From a virus: DNA of 64,000 nucleotides. Positions 1 through 9,839 of the stretch are shown here, one piece after another. The notes under the pieces were generated by a model. It saw nothing but the letters and a program-made list of their open reading frames with translations. It was not told the origin of the DNA and did not search any database. Position 1 is the first letter of the stretch. The number at the start of each line of letters is the position of its first letter. The stretch covers positions 72,788-136,787 of the IMG/VR virus record IMGVR_UViG_3300047489_000453; one strand, given 5' to 3'. A program made the translations under genes and the position numbers.

Positions 1-353
1 ATGGCTATTACGTAGTGTCCACTGTCACCTTCAAGCTCTGCTTGAGTGGAAGCCCACGCCTGCACTGTTATTATTACTGGTCGACCTGAGTCTAGATAAC
101 TTATAAGTTCAGAGTCAGACATGTCTTCATGCCATATCGTCTCAAAGCCACGTGACATGGCCGCTTGTTGAAGCTTATCCGGGCTTGTACCGCCTATTGG
201 ATCGGAATTAAGCTCCTCAGCTAGATTAAACTCGCTTTCAATACAGCCCCAGTAGTTAAACACGGAGCTTAAGACAGCTGGACCACAGGTATGGCTGCGC
301 TGCTGCCTTATGTCTGGTAGGGGTATTCTATTTCCTCGCAGAGTCCTTATCAT
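1..353 (-). CDS. C39-family cysteine peptidase (3' end truncated by window edge; missing from ORF track)
   Basis: Hand translation from ATG at 353: MIRTLRGNRIPLPDIRQQRSHTCGPAVL...GRPVIITVQAW...SGHYVIA. The Q-x5-C(G) and GHY motifs match C39 peptidases. Confidence 0.8.
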   Translation of the reverse strand, partial: MIRTLRGNRIPLPDIRQQRSHTCGPAVLSSVFNYWGCIESEFNLAEELNSDPIGGTSPDKLQQAAMSRGFETIWHEDMSDSELISYLDSGRPVIITVQAWASTQAELEGDSGHYVIA

Positions 354-475
354 GGTGGGCTCCCTGCAAGTTAAGGTTTAAGATGTAATAACGAACTACT
401 AATATCCTACCCGATTAGTAGTACGGATTAAAGAATTATGGTAAAAAATGACGTAAGTTATTAATTTACAACAAC

Positions 476-2377
476 TTACATATAGTTAAGGCTGTTCCTA
501 TAGGGCCCAGTTTGACTCATATAACCCTGGTTCATGGCGGCAGTGACTGGATTACCTTGCTGCTGGGCGCTTGAGGCGCCTCCGCCCATCAATCGACTAA
601 TAGCGGCTCCGCCTAGCAAGCCTCCGCCTGCTAATAGAGCCCATTTGGCCCATGGGTTATTTTGAAAAAATTCTAATGCTGGAAGCGTGTATCCTGCAGC
701 CATTCTACGGCCTTCACTTTGAGCCGCTAGCGACGAGCCATAATTGCCTAGCCCTTTAACTAACGGCGTTACGGGGCCTTTGAATCGATCGGCTACTGCT
801 TTTGAAGTTTCGTATAACGAGCTCAAAGGAGAGGTCTTCAAACCAGTTGCGTATTGTACAGCTTCTAATGGATTCTCCTTAGCCCATTGAACTTTTGCTG
901 CGTCAAAGCTTTTTGAGGTTCTGTCTACAAAATTGTTAAAGCCTTGGCGCATGTTAGTAAAATTAGGCCTATTAACGTCCTCCCTTACTCTGTTCATTGC
1001 TTCTTCGTTGCCAAACAATCCTCTAGCGGCGTCATATACGCCAGCCCCTGCCCCTCTTAAAGCATTAGTAGTTGCTGGGCTTCTTACGGTATCAACAAAA
1101 CTAGGTTTTTGCGGCTGGGCTGCGCCACTATTAGACGAAGACGTTAAGCCTCCAACTATTGGACCGAATGCCGCAGTGCCTGCAGAGCCTGCAGGGCCTG
1201 AAAGCGAGTCGGCTGTGGCGCCTAGAACATTCTTGGCCCCTGTGTAAGTTTGCTTAAAAGCATCAGACATAGGCCCCGCTGCATTAGATAACTGTTTTTG
1301 CAGTGGTTTGTACTTACGATAAGCCGCAATAGCGCTTGGTGAATATCGGCGCTTACTTGCATTATCTACAATACCCTTGCCTATCGAATTGGCTCCTTGC
1401 CAAATAGATTTTGCCGCATCTAGTGGGTTAGACGGCTTACCGGCTCCCTGAGCGGCGACGTCTTGTATGGCTTTTAGCTTGTCTTTGTCAAAAGGCTGGC
1501 CTAGAGAGCTAAAGTCAAAGTTAGGCCTAGCAGAAGTGTCAGCCGCTGATTTTAGAAGGTTTAAAAGCTCTGATCTTTTTCCAAACATAGATCCGCCGGT
1601 AGGGTTCACGCCAAACGTGCTTCTAGTTGCGCCTATTAGAGCCTTTCTGGCTGACGAGGCCCGTAGCTTCTTGCTAAGAGGCATGACACCGGCTCCAGGA
1701 GATGACTTTCTAGCTCTAGGCAATCCATCAGATGGATCGAAGTTAACTACGCCATCTTTAGAATCACCTGCACCCCTATTAGGACTGGTTACTACTTCGG
1801 CTAGTTTTTGCAGATTGGCATCTTTAGACCATAAGCTAATAAGCCTGCTCATGGCTTTCTTTTCTCCGTTTTCTTCCATTTTTTCTAGTTTTTTGTAATA
1901 GTCTTTGTCGTCAGTTAAATGATCCATGGCTATTTCTTTAGCCAGGTCTTTATTAACAGTGTGCTCTCTTTCGTGATCGGCCCCCATCTGAAGCGACTTA
2001 GCCGGGAAGTCGCACGGCCTCTTATCGTCAGCTGCGCCGCCAGGAACTATATCCTGGCTAGATCTAGCTTTAGGCTTGCTATTCTCAGTGTCGCTACCAT
2101 CCAGGCAGCTACCTGAGCTACTTTGGTCAGTGCTTTCGGGGTTTAACTTTTTTTTTAAAGCTTTGGTAGCCTCACTCATAGCTTCAGCAAGCTTGCTTAT
2201 GGCGTTTGCTGCCTTATCTGCTGGCTTTGAATCTTTTGATTTGCCGTCTGCTACGTGCTCTGGAAGCTTTTCGTCTTTTGTTTCTTTGGCCCACTCGTCA
2301 CAATTCCAAGAGCCAGCCTCTCCTTTCTCTTTCAAAGCATAGCATAGTCTACGTTGTGCTTCTGATTTAAACGGCAT
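476..2377 (-). CDS. Multidomain probable virion protein (MPFKSEAQRR N-terminus, DUF5661-like module, C-terminal Gly-rich TM segment)
   Basis: 633-aa ORF; GADHEREHT...AKEIAMDHL..D.DYY.KL resembles DUF5661; WALLAGGGLLGGAAISRLM is hydrophobic. Confidence 0.55.
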   Translation of the reverse strand: MPFKSEAQRRLCYALKEKGEAGSWNCDEWAKETKDEKLPEHVADGKSKDSKPADKAANAISKLAEAMSEATKALKKKLNPESTDQSSSGSCLDGSDTENSKPKARSSQDIVPGGAADDKRPCDFPAKSLQMGADHEREHTVNKDLAKEIAMDHLTDDKDYYKKLEKMEENGEKKAMSRLISLWSKDANLQKLAEVVTSPNRGAGDSKDGVVNFDPSDGLPRARKSSPGAGVMPLSKKLRASSARKALIGATRSTFGVNPTGGSMFGKRSELLNLLKSAADTSARPNFDFSSLGQPFDKDKLKAIQDVAAQGAGKPSNPLDAAKSIWQGANSIGKGIVDNASKRRYSPSAIAAYRKYKPLQKQLSNAAGPMSDAFKQTYTGAKNVLGATADSLSGPAGSAGTAAFGPIVGGLTSSSNSGAAQPQKPSFVDTVRSPATTNALRGAGAGVYDAARGLFGNEEAMNRVREDVNRPNFTNMRQGFNNFVDRTSKSFDAAKVQWAKENPLEAVQYATGLKTSPLSSLYETSKAVADRFKGPVTPLVKGLGNYGSSLAAQSEGRRMAAGYTLPALEFFQNNPWAKWALLAGGGLLGGAAISRLMGGGASSAQQQGNPVTAAMNQGYMSQTGPYRNSLNYM

Positions 2378-2434
2378 TGCTCGACTCCTAAAATTTATTG
2401 CATTAAAAATTCTAGCAAACTGCAGAGGCAGGCG

Positions 2435-3169
2435 CTATAGGTTATTTAGATTGAAAAACTTTCGATATCTAGCGGCCTTAGCCTGGGTTCCAGTGTAAGT
2501 TACTCCTTTGTCGGTGAAGTCCGTAGCTGGATAATACCCAAACAAATTGTTTTTTGGCACTATGTTTGATTTAAACTTTGCCAGCAGGCCCTCATCTAAT
2601 ATTGCAAAGTTCTTATTGCAGTAGTTCATAACTTCTAAGTCTAAGCACCACATAAGCTTAGATGGTTTTAATAAGTCGCTTGCAACTTGATTTACCGTGC
2701 TTACGACATCTTTTCTAAAGAAATTTACCATCATGTTTTTAGGCCTGGTCTTATCTACAAAGACCCTTGGCAGCCTGTACTGGTGATACTTACTAAAGAT
2801 GTCGTTTATTCTTTTAATGTCTGGCTTTTTTATAGCAACAACGTCTACGTCAGTCAGCCCGACGTGGTCATCTACGACAGGCATTGAAAGCCACCTGCTT
2901 AGCGCGTAGTAGCCGTAGCAAGCTTTAGGTCTTTTATCCTTTTCTGGCAGCTCTATCTGTGAGAAGTTTGCGTTTATTTCTTCAAAAGTTATTGGGTCGT
3001 GGGTAATAAGTATGTCATTGTCTGAGCAGTACTTGTCTACAGATTTATTCTTAGGGCCTACAAACCTTAAAGAAAATCTGGCGTTTGGCCAAAACTTCTT
3101 TATAGAAGTGTGCCAATTTAGAAAAAACAAATCAAAATATACCTGCTCTGCTGCAGTGTGAAATATCAT
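2435..3169 (-). CDS. Putative GT-A fold glycosyltransferase
   Basis: LSRW...GLTDVDVV (DxD motif); lies in an operon with glycan enzymes. Confidence 0.5.
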   Translation of the reverse strand: MIFHTAAEQVYFDLFFLNWHTSIKKFWPNARFSLRFVGPKNKSVDKYCSDNDILITHDPITFEEINANFSQIELPEKDKRPKACYGYYALSRWLSMPVVDDHVGLTDVDVVAIKKPDIKRINDIFSKYHQYRLPRVFVDKTRPKNMMVNFFRKDVVSTVNQVASDLLKPSKLMWCLDLEVMNYCNKNFAILDEGLLAKFKSNIVPKNNLFGYYPATDFTDKGVTYTGTQAKAARYRKFFNLNNL

Positions 3170-3792
3170 GAAGGGATATAAATCCTCTCGTGCATTATTG
3201 ATTCATATTTTGTGTAGTTTCTTTGAGCAAGCCAAGACTCTATGTCTGCGTCTTTAAACCCAAACCTTTCACCGTGGCTCATCCATTCCAAGGCAATTAC
3301 TGGTCTATATTTCTCTATGGTAACAGCCGAGCCTCTTAGAGCAGGAAGCTCCCAGCCTTCTATATCGAAATGGATTAAGTCGCAGCCTTCAAGCCCCAGG
3401 TCGTCTACCATTAGAGTGGGTATAAGACCGGTAGTCTCAGGTATTATTGAATAACATCCGATGTTCTTTTTGCTGTTGGTCAGGGCTACGAGCTGCCTGC
3501 AGTCTCCTATGCACGCCTGCTGCTTAAAAACATTAGCAGCAGAGGCGTTTAAGGTAAGGCAATAAAAATTAAGATTGTCGGGCTCAAATGTATAAACGGA
3601 CTTAAATATGTTTCCGTAAAGCTTAGGATAAAAGCCGCAGTTACCGCCGGCTTGTACAGCTACATTTTTATTTTTGCAGTGTGACGAGATTATTGACGGT
3701 AAGTCTTTTTCTCTTTGAAGCCAAGGCCAGCATTTCATGTCTTTAGAGGGCCAGTACCAGCCGTCTTTTAAAATAACTTCTTTTTTTAGCAT
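3166..3792 (-). CDS. FkbM-family SAM methyltransferase
   Basis: QAGGNCG, VYTFEP, DLIHFDIEGWELPALRG, RPVIALE. Confidence 0.85.
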   Translation of the reverse strand: MLKKEVILKDGWYWPSKDMKCWPWLQREKDLPSIISSHCKNKNVAVQAGGNCGFYPKLYGNIFKSVYTFEPDNLNFYCLTLNASAANVFKQQACIGDCRQLVALTNSKKNIGCYSIIPETTGLIPTLMVDDLGLEGCDLIHFDIEGWELPALRGSAVTIEKYRPVIALEWMSHGERFGFKDADIESWLAQRNYTKYESIMHERIYIPS

Positions 3793-3817
3793 TTATGTGG
3801 CCTCTTGAGTTTTCTGA

Positions 3818-4594
3818 TTATACCTTACCGGCTTTCAGGGCGTATACCCAATCTCTTATGATTTCAGGAGTTATTCTGTTCATTGCCGCCGTACAGTGCG
3901 AACACTTTATCTTCATTCCACAGGGCGTACCACCTGTGAATATGTTTACGTGGATTGGGTATCCAGTCTGAACTGGGGATATGTAGCCGCCAAATATTAC
4001 CACCGCTTTCTTATTTACAGCAGCAGCCGCATGGTGCAGCCCTCCTTCCGGTAGAACGCATAGCGCTATATTTGATATCAAGGAGGCGGCATGCCTAAAG
4101 CTCGGTGGCTGTATTACATTTATACCTTTTATCTTTTTGTATTCTGGTTTTGAGATCTGTACCCAATTGACATCTGGCGCCAGGCTTACTAGCTTTTCCC
4201 AGTTAGGCCAGCCCCAATCTTTGTTTACAGTGGCTATTTGTTTTAAGTTTGGCTCTATTATTACAGCGTCTCTACCTATCTTGCCTGCATTATCAATACC
4301 GTACTTAATCTCCTCGTCTGTAAAGAAAAACTCTCCAACAGAAGGACCGACGTTGGTCCACGTCCTTTTTTCTTTTGTCTCACTGGCCCTATATCTTCTT
4401 CCTGCGTTTGCGCCTATCCAGTGTACAAGTGCGCCCCTTTTGACTTCTTCAATGGTTGCCATATTAGGATTATTGAAAAATACTTCCGACCATCTCTGGC
4501 GGTTTTTATCCATTTTTACGGCAATTTTACGATTAATGGTCTTGGCGAGTATTTTTACCTCACCAGTAACCATAAGGTCGTCACCTAGCCCCAT
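3818..4594 (-). CDS. GT9 (heptosyltransferase-like) glycosyltransferase
   Basis: N-terminal GLGDDLM, KDWG.PNW, EGGLHHAAAAV..KAVVIFG. Confidence 0.75.
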   Translation of the reverse strand: MGLGDDLMVTGEVKILAKTINRKIAVKMDKNRQRWSEVFFNNPNMATIEEVKRGALVHWIGANAGRRYRASETKEKRTWTNVGPSVGEFFFTDEEIKYGIDNAGKIGRDAVIIEPNLKQIATVNKDWGWPNWEKLVSLAPDVNWVQISKPEYKKIKGINVIQPPSFRHAASLISNIALCVLPEGGLHHAAAAVNKKAVVIFGGYISPVQTGYPIHVNIFTGGTPCGMKIKCSHCTAAMNRITPEIIRDWVYALKAGKV

Positions 4595-4605
4595 GACTCA
4601 TTCCT

Positions 4606-6429
4606 TTACATTTTCATACGAAATTTTTTATACCATACGGCGAACATAACTATAGTGAATAGCTCTTTTTGGGCATTTAGCCCAGGTCCGGCTGACGGCT
4701 TGCCGCTTGCCTTTTTAGGACCGATATGGTTTACATTATTTAAATATTTGTTGTCTATATCTGCGGAGTTTATTTCGAATATTTCCATTATTTCCCGGTC
4801 ACTAAGAATATCTCTGAAATAAGCCCTTATAGGTGAATTCTTCTTGGCCGGGTAGGCCTGAGTGCCGATTACCCAATCGTCAGTAGGAGCCCTCCAGCCT
4901 GTCTTGTTTTTAGTTGTTATAAACTCTGGGAGCTTTGAGTTGTAAGCAAGCCTTAGTAAGTTTTTATTGCACTGATCCCATCTTAGCTTGGAATGCTTTG
5001 GAGCGGCTTTTAGGTTTCCAGGTATACTTCTAGCAAAGTTTTTAAAAACATTACACATCATTGGAAACCTGGCTTCCATTCCAAAGGCCATTCCCAACTT
5101 GTCGTTTCTTACTAAAAAATCCTCACTTAAAGTGTGGAGGCTCTCTATGTACATTATGTCATTAAGATTATTACCAGTCAGGCCGCCTTTTGGAATCCAC
5201 GACATAAGATACTCGTGCTGATCTTTGTTTGTAAGCGCCTTTGCTGGATCTAATAGTTTTCTGTGGTGTAGCCTAAGGCTGTCAAGCCTGTCATTAAAAG
5301 TGGCATGATTAAAGTAGTGCTTGTACCCGGCTAGCAGTTCGTCTCCTCCGTCACCGCTCAATGTGACTATTACGCCGTTGTCGCGCAGAAACTTATTAGT
5401 GGCGTAATAAGCCGAGTAACTTTTACCCTGCCTAGGCTCTTCAAGGGCCAGAACCGCAGACTCAAGATTGTCCAGCCAAGCCTGTTCGTTTATTTTTATT
5501 TCTTTATGGTCAGAGCCATAAAGCTCTGCAAGCTGCTTGGCTAAGACGGCATCCTCGTTATGGTTGCACTTTTTATGCGGAATATCAAATTTTGTGGAAA
5601 AGGTATGGGCGCTTATACCAAGTGATTTTGACATTTCGTAAAGAACAGACGAGCTGTCCATGCCGCCGCTAAGAAACAAGCCTACCTGCCTGCGCCCCAT
5701 AAGTGTCATACTTACGGCTTGTTTAAGCTTATCGTGAAGTAGAAGCGGAATGTCTTCTTCGTTCGAAGTAAATGGGTCTATCGGCCTGTTATTAATATTA
5801 CTGCTATATTTGACTCCTGTTCTTATATCCAGCTCTATAATTTCACCGGGTACAAGCCTGCTTATATTCTTGAAGCACGTTATTGGCCCGGCCGTCAGGC
5901 CTGAATAATAGAAGTGCTTGAACCCGTCTATGGACACTTTTCTCTCAAACCCAAGCTCAAGTAAGCTTGCCACCTCTGACGAGAATGCGAGTTTATTTTT
6001 TAGATATCCATAGAATAAAGGCTTGGCTCCGTTACTATCCCTTGCCAGTAGCAGCTTCTTTGATTTCTTATTATAAATAGCCACGGCAAACATACCGTCG
6101 CACTCGTATAAAAAGTCTTTTCCAAACTTTTCATACCCTTTGATTAAAACTTCGGTGTCTGTATCAGACACGAAGTCGCCGCCTATCTTAGCTCTAAGGG
6201 ATTTGTAGTTATAGATTTCGCCGTTGTATACCATGACACTTGATTCAGTGTGCCATGGCTGGCTTGATTGTGGAGGCGTATCCACTATTGATAAAAGATT
6301 ATGCCCCAAGGTTATAAAGTCGTCGCCCCATATACCTTCGCCGTCTGGGCCTCTGTGTCTTGCTTTTTTAACCATGGCCGGCATGGCGCCGGTGTCATCT
6401 TTCCAACAAAATCCATGAATACCGCACAT
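4606..6429 (-). CDS. asnB: Asparagine synthase (glutamine-hydrolysing)-like amidotransferase
   Basis: MCGI Ntn nucleophile, HRGPD, YNGEIYNY, SDTDTEV, LSGGMDSS, LSGDGGDELLAGY. Confidence 0.93.
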   Translation of the reverse strand: MCGIHGFCWKDDTGAMPAMVKKARHRGPDGEGIWGDDFITLGHNLLSIVDTPPQSSQPWHTESSVMVYNGEIYNYKSLRAKIGGDFVSDTDTEVLIKGYEKFGKDFLYECDGMFAVAIYNKKSKKLLLARDSNGAKPLFYGYLKNKLAFSSEVASLLELGFERKVSIDGFKHFYYSGLTAGPITCFKNISRLVPGEIIELDIRTGVKYSSNINNRPIDPFTSNEEDIPLLLHDKLKQAVSMTLMGRRQVGLFLSGGMDSSSVLYEMSKSLGISAHTFSTKFDIPHKKCNHNEDAVLAKQLAELYGSDHKEIKINEQAWLDNLESAVLALEEPRQGKSYSAYYATNKFLRDNGVIVTLSGDGGDELLAGYKHYFNHATFNDRLDSLRLHHRKLLDPAKALTNKDQHEYLMSWIPKGGLTGNNLNDIMYIESLHTLSEDFLVRNDKLGMAFGMEARFPMMCNVFKNFARSIPGNLKAAPKHSKLRWDQCNKNLLRLAYNSKLPEFITTKNKTGWRAPTDDWVIGTQAYPAKKNSPIRAYFRDILSDREIMEIFEINSADIDNKYLNNVNHIGPKKASGKPSAGPGLNAQKELFTIVMFAVWYKKFRMKM

Positions 6430-6482
6430 ACGATTCTACTCCATCGTAATTATTTTTACGCTAGTAGGTATGTATTGCACAG

Positions 6483-7196
6483 TTATTTGGGTGGTTGGTA
6501 GTTAGGGCTTAAAACGCCGCTTCTATATAAATTATACAGGTGGTACGGCAAAACAGGGGCGGCCGGCGCTGGGTGCATTCCAGCGCCGTGAGCTATAGCA
6601 TCGGCGGTGGTGTGACCGGCTAAGTGCCCCAAAGCTTTAGGAGCATGCTGAACTGCTAGATTTGAAGCTGTATGGCCTACGGTACTGGCAAGATGAGGCT
6701 GAGCTGCCTGTGCCGCAGGTGCGAGAATCTTGCCTCCATAATAACCTGCTGTGCGGCTAGCCCCTGATATTCCTAAAGTTGACGCCATCGTATTAAAAGC
6801 GTGCTGGTCTTGCTCGCTTTTTTGCCTAAATTTTTCGGCCTCTAGCCCTTTAGTAGGGAAGCTTTTTTGCTCCCCAAGCCTTGCAGTTTCTTTAAGCCTT
6901 TCCAGGTCTTGCTGCTTAGTAGTCAGGCCTTTATGGCTAAGATAGTCACTGGCTTGCTGCTGCATAGTAGGAGCTTGCCTGGACGCCCACAGCTCATTTA
7001 GCGTAGGGTTTTTAGATGGACTAAAGGAGCGATCTGGAGGAACAGGAAGCGGTCGACCTCTACCGTCTAAAGGTCTTATACGGTCAGGGCTATTATACGG
7101 CTGAGGGGATTGGCCGCCTGGCGCTACCGGTTGATTGCCTGCGGCAATTTTTCCCATAAGCTTGCCAAAGTTTTCCGCTCTTCGAATATTAATCAT
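6483..7196 (-). CDS. Hypothetical protein with shared N-terminal leader (probable virion protein)
   Basis: Begins MINIRRAENFGKLMGKIAA. Confidence 0.6.
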   Translation of the reverse strand: MINIRRAENFGKLMGKIAAGNQPVAPGGQSPQPYNSPDRIRPLDGRGRPLPVPPDRSFSPSKNPTLNELWASRQAPTMQQQASDYLSHKGLTTKQQDLERLKETARLGEQKSFPTKGLEAEKFRQKSEQDQHAFNTMASTLGISGASRTAGYYGGKILAPAAQAAQPHLASTVGHTASNLAVQHAPKALGHLAGHTTADAIAHGAGMHPAPAAPVLPYHLYNLYRSGVLSPNYQPPK

Positions 7197-7222
7197 GTAT
7201 CACCTGTAAGTATTGTATAATT

Positions 7223-7849
7223 CTAGCGTTCTAGGCTTTTACTCACTGCATTATTAACTGCTTTTTGAGCACTTATTGGATCTGTTAGTTTAATTGAACT
7301 GCCTGCTACGTTTCTAGCGTAATTACCCCAAGATCCTGCAGGAGTAAATAGGGCTTTAAGTACGCTTGGGCCTTTGTATGCCAGCGCCAAATCACCACTT
7401 GAACCTATTAACCCATGTCCTCTTTGTAGATTGTAATCAATCATTGCTTGGTGTTTAGCTTTGTTTTCAGCTTCCCATGCCTCTCTTTGCTCTGGACTGG
7501 CTGCGGCCCACCTGCTTTTATCGGTAGGAAAATACTTTCCGGCTGCTTGGTCTTTTGCTCTTGCAGTGTCAGACATCTCATAACTTGCATTGTACTTTTT
7601 GGGGGGAGAGCCTGATAAACTTGGAGCCGCATTATTAGCCTGGTTCCACATCTTATTTTGTTGTTCAAATCCTAAAGGTTGTTTTGTTTCTTTAAGGTTT
7701 ACGCTTTTAACAGGAGCCCCCAGTTTGCCAGGAACTGGTGTTACTGATAAAGGGTCGGCAGAATTGGCGGAAAGATTGTCAGCTGCTATCTTTCCCATAA
7801 TCTGGCCAAATCTAGCCGCTTTGGTAAATCTATTCATTATTTTACTCAT
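7223..7849 (-). CDS. Hypothetical protein with shared N-terminal leader
   Basis: Begins (MSKI)MNRFTKAARFGQIMGKIAA. Confidence 0.6.
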   Translation of the reverse strand: MSKIMNRFTKAARFGQIMGKIAADNLSANSADPLSVTPVPGKLGAPVKSVNLKETKQPLGFEQQNKMWNQANNAAPSLSGSPPKKYNASYEMSDTARAKDQAAGKYFPTDKSRWAAASPEQREAWEAENKAKHQAMIDYNLQRGHGLIGSSGDLALAYKGPSVLKALFTPAGSWGNYARNVAGSSIKLTDPISAQKAVNNAVSKSLER

Positions 7850-8406
7850 GAGTCAGCCGTTAGCTTACTTACGTTGTTTTCACCAGTTACGTTTTTCTTT
7901 TTGCAGCCAACCGGAATATAGAATCCTAATTGTGGAGACGTCTCCAAACCATAGCTCCGGCGTATATCCTCAAGATTATCACTTTCTATTGAAATTGCCC
8001 ATAGCTTTTCGTACTCACCGTTAGCTGGGAGCTCTACTATTGGGCCTAAAGTATAGTTATAAGCGTGCCCTCTTTCAGTTACTTTGTCAGGGCCGCCAAT
8101 CTTATCTACTTCGGCTTTGGTCATTACTTTAATAGCAGCCTCAGTACGATTATTACGCACAACAAACTCAGCGCCAGGCTCATGTAGGGCATCGAATACT
8201 CCTTTGATTAGGGAAGCTGGGACAGTAAGTTCTATGCCGCCGTTAGGGCCTGCTTGAAGCCTACCGGATAAAGCATGCACAGCCGTATGTGACCCTGCTT
8301 TGCATAGATGCCCGTGAGCCTGACCTAATGAAAAGAACTCGGAGTCGATGAGCTTTGCTCTTTCGATTCCTTTAGATAAACCCAACGATAGCGGCGGTAT
8401 GGTCAT
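7846..8406 (-). CDS. Hypothetical phage protein
   Basis: 186-aa ORF with ATGA-type overlaps to both neighbours. Confidence 0.65.
   Translation of the reverse strand: MTIPPLSLGLSKGIERAKLIDSEFFSLGQAHGHLCKAGSHTAVHALSGRLQAGPNGGIELTVPASLIKGVFDALHEPGAEFVVRNNRTEAAIKVMTKAEVDKIGGPDKVTERGHAYNYTLGPIVELPANGEYEKLWAISIESDNLEDIRRSYGLETSPQLGFYIPVGCKKKNVTGENNVSKLTADS
7932..7947. repeat. Dispersed 16-bp palindrome copy (15/16)
   Basis: GTGGAGACGTCTCCAA inside a CDS. Confidence 0.85.
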
Positions 8407-8930
8407 TTGACTGAACCAGGTATAAGCCCTTTAGGATTAAAAAGGTAAGGTAATGCACTGGCGGCATTGCTATTGTATTCGTTGTTAACTCTCATACGAG
8501 AAGCTGCTATACCATTAATATCTCTAGGTGGATTTGCCCTGTTCATATTGGCTAGTTCGTTATAGTGCTTAGCGTTAGATAGTTCTCTTACTTTATCAGA
8601 TACGTTAGCTGATCTCCACGGACTTGCCGCTGGTGAATCGCTGCGCTTGGGATCTTTAGCGACAGATAGTTGGTTTCTGTTATCTCTATTAGTATTTAAC
8701 CAACTGTTAGGATTAACAAATCCACTGGGGTCTTTTAATCCCCACAGCTGGCTTCTTGCGTCGCCTGTACTAAGACTTCTTCTTTCAGCCTCGCCCGGAC
8801 TATTAACGATTGTACTGATGCCGTTGCCTTTAGGGACATTATCGTGCTGGGGGTTAAAGATATCATTTCTAGGACGCTTGGCCATTCTGCCCATCATTCT
8901 TCCAAACTCTTCTGCTTGTTTAATACTCAT
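8403..8930 (-). CDS. Hypothetical protein with shared N-terminal leader
   Basis: Begins MSIKQAEEFGRMMGRMA. Confidence 0.6.
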   Translation of the reverse strand: MSIKQAEEFGRMMGRMAKRPRNDIFNPQHDNVPKGNGISTIVNSPGEAERRSLSTGDARSQLWGLKDPSGFVNPNSWLNTNRDNRNQLSVAKDPKRSDSPAASPWRSANVSDKVRELSNAKHYNELANMNRANPPRDINGIAASRMRVNNEYNSNAASALPYLFNPKGLIPGSVK

Positions 8931-8992
8931 TTGATAAACCCAATGATAGTGGAGGTATGGTCATTTTTAATCCTTATAAGTTACCTTGCCAA

Positions 8993-9835
8993 TTACTCTA
9001 GGAAATCCTTATAAGTTACCTTGCCGATAACTCTACGACTCCCTCCATCAGAGCTTGGAGGTAGGGCTATTTCTCCGCCCCAATTCATATATGGACCTGC
9101 TTTTTGTCTACTATAAGTGTTAGGGTATTTACTAGTATCGAGTATCTGATTCACAAGATGTCCGTAGTAGCTCCTCTCGGCGTCTGTTCTAGCAATGTTT
9201 TCTCTAGCCTTTATGATGAGTGGCTCTGAATAGTACGGAGGTTTTTGTCTCAACTCTCTTGCAAGGTCAGCCCGAGCTCTTTGGTGCTCAAAGTCAGCTC
9301 TGTTTTGTTTTGTAGTTGCGTCATCAAGGTCACTTTGATAACGGAGACCTTCGAACTCAGGTATGCGGTTTAAATCAATCGGGTAAGGTTCATCTGGGTA
9401 ATAATTTTTATATTTTTTACGATAGTAGTCATCCATCTCTGCTTTTGTAGGCTCTCTAAACCTATGCCTACTCCAGAAATTAGATGAGGAATCATCTGAT
9501 TTAGGGAGGCTAGAAGGTGAACCTTGCAAGTGCTTTTTAACTTCCCTTTCTAGCACTCTCTGTTCAGCCTGTCTATACTCGTCGTCTGAAGGCTTACTAG
9601 CAGGAATTAGCTTACCAGCCAAGTGGCCCAATCCGGCTCCAGCCAAACCACCTAATCCTGCCCCAATCATAGCTCTTCTCAACTTATTCTCTTTGGTTCC
9701 TTTAAGCCAGTCATAGATAGCGGTGCCTCCGCCACCTATAGCTGCCCCTGCCAAGGATGATAACATTGTAGGGCTTAAAGCTACTGCCCTTTTACCCATC
9801 ATTCTTCCAAACTCTTCTGCTTGTTTAATGTTCAT
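8993..9835 (-). CDS. Leader-bearing glycine-zipper protein
   Basis: Begins MNIKQAEEFGRMMGKRA; GAGLGGLAGAGLG glycine zipper. Confidence 0.6.
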   Translation of the reverse strand: MNIKQAEEFGRMMGKRAVALSPTMLSSLAGAAIGGGGTAIYDWLKGTKENKLRRAMIGAGLGGLAGAGLGHLAGKLIPASKPSDDEYRQAEQRVLEREVKKHLQGSPSSLPKSDDSSSNFWSRHRFREPTKAEMDDYYRKKYKNYYPDEPYPIDLNRIPEFEGLRYQSDLDDATTKQNRADFEHQRARADLARELRQKPPYYSEPLIIKARENIARTDAERSYYGHLVNQILDTSKYPNTYSRQKAGPYMNWGGEIALPPSSDGGSRRVIGKVTYKDFLE

Positions 9836-9839
9836 TGCA

